DNA of 64,000 bases from Tagaea sp. (GTDB taxonomy: Bacteria > Pseudomonadota > Alphaproteobacteria > CACIAM-22H2), in contig CBDIIB010000003.1 in the NCBI GenBank assembly GCA_965279525.1, positions 32,001 to 96,000 on the forward strand. Reading direction: 5' to 3'. Positions within the stretch are counted from its first letter, which is position 1. Each line of letters begins with the position of its first letter. Position numbers and translations under genes: made by a program. Under the pieces are notes generated by a model. The model was not told where the DNA came from. It ran no database searches and worked only from the letters and a program-made list of their open reading frames with translations. Positions 63,620-64,000 of the stretch are shown one piece after another.

Positions 63620-64000
63620 ATGACTCGGTATCTACTTTCGCGCTTCGCCCAAGCAATCACGACGATCATTGGCATAAGTATTGTCGTCTTCGTGCTCGCT
63701 CGGCTAAGCGGCGATCCCGCGTCATTGCTGATCCCGCCCGACGCGACGCCCGCGGACCGAATCGCCCTCAGCCAGACGCTCGGACTGGATCGACCACTGC
63801 TCACCCAGTACTGGCTCTTCCTCAAGGGTGCCCTCGCGCTCGACTTCGGCACGTCGTTTCGGTTCGGCCAGCCCGCCATCGAGGTCTATCTTGAGCGGCT
63901 CCCTCGGACCGCCCAGCTCGGGTTCTTCGCGGCACTTCTCGCGGCAACCGGCGGCGTCCTGATCGGGGTCTACGGCGCGGTGCGTGCCGGAAGCCTCGTT
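63620..64000 (+). CDS. Peptide/nickel ABC permease (DppB-like), truncated by window edge
   Basis: Manual translation MTRYLLSRFAQA..RLSGDPA..LGLDRPLLTQY..DFGTSF..ERLPRT. Confidence 0.82.
   Translation, partial: MTRYLLSRFAQAITTIIGISIVVFVLARLSGDPASLLIPPDATPADRIALSQTLGLDRPLLTQYWLFLKGALALDFGTSFRFGQPAIEVYLERLPRTAQLGFFAALLAATGGVLIGVYGAVRAGSLV

Larger units (their letters stand above)
57878..64000. mobile_element. Genomic island / integrative mobilizable element at tRNA-Pro (right end outside window)
   Basis: Integrase abuts the tRNA 3' end; excisionase-like and relaxase genes; visibly lower GC and looser codon bias; no attR copy seen in window. Confidence 0.8.

Overview
High-GC, alphaproteobacterial-looking (Rhodospirillales-like, inferred from gene content) chromosomal segment of mostly metabolic and transport genes. 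In order: an Fe3+ ABC permease with a palindromic iron box; four small orphan ORFs; a Bcr/CflA MFS exporter; a three-gene transglutaminase / DUF2126 ligase / circularly permuted ATP-grasp+alpha-E operon of unknown function; hutF/hutG; a PleC/DivJ-like orphan kinase; apt; modABC with a ModE box; a peptide ABC + M20 hydrolase + tautomerase cluster; hemN with an FNR-type box; LysR-phnWAY (2-aminoethylphosphonate catabolism) followed by Pho-box phoX-mscL; a BMP nucleoside ABC-punA-deoC-deoA-deoB operon (deoB frameshifted); a DSD1-family enzyme; LysR/DUF2917/EamA; a frameshifted PAS-like gene; a Tat-exported Vgb-like propeller + cytochrome c; a GT4-fusion + GH130 pair; a BoxC-like repeat; and the sppA/methyltransferase/DUF2007/ispB core block. 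At tRNA-Pro(CGG) a visibly lower-GC island begins (tyrosine integrase with arm-type repeats, excisionase-like HTH, MOBQ-type relaxase with a DUF5710-like N-terminal segment, ABC permease cargo) and runs off the window. The best candidates for poorly understood systems are the peptide-ligase/transglutaminase operon and the tRNA-Pro integrative mobilizable element. All family calls come from motif recognition by eye, not database searches.
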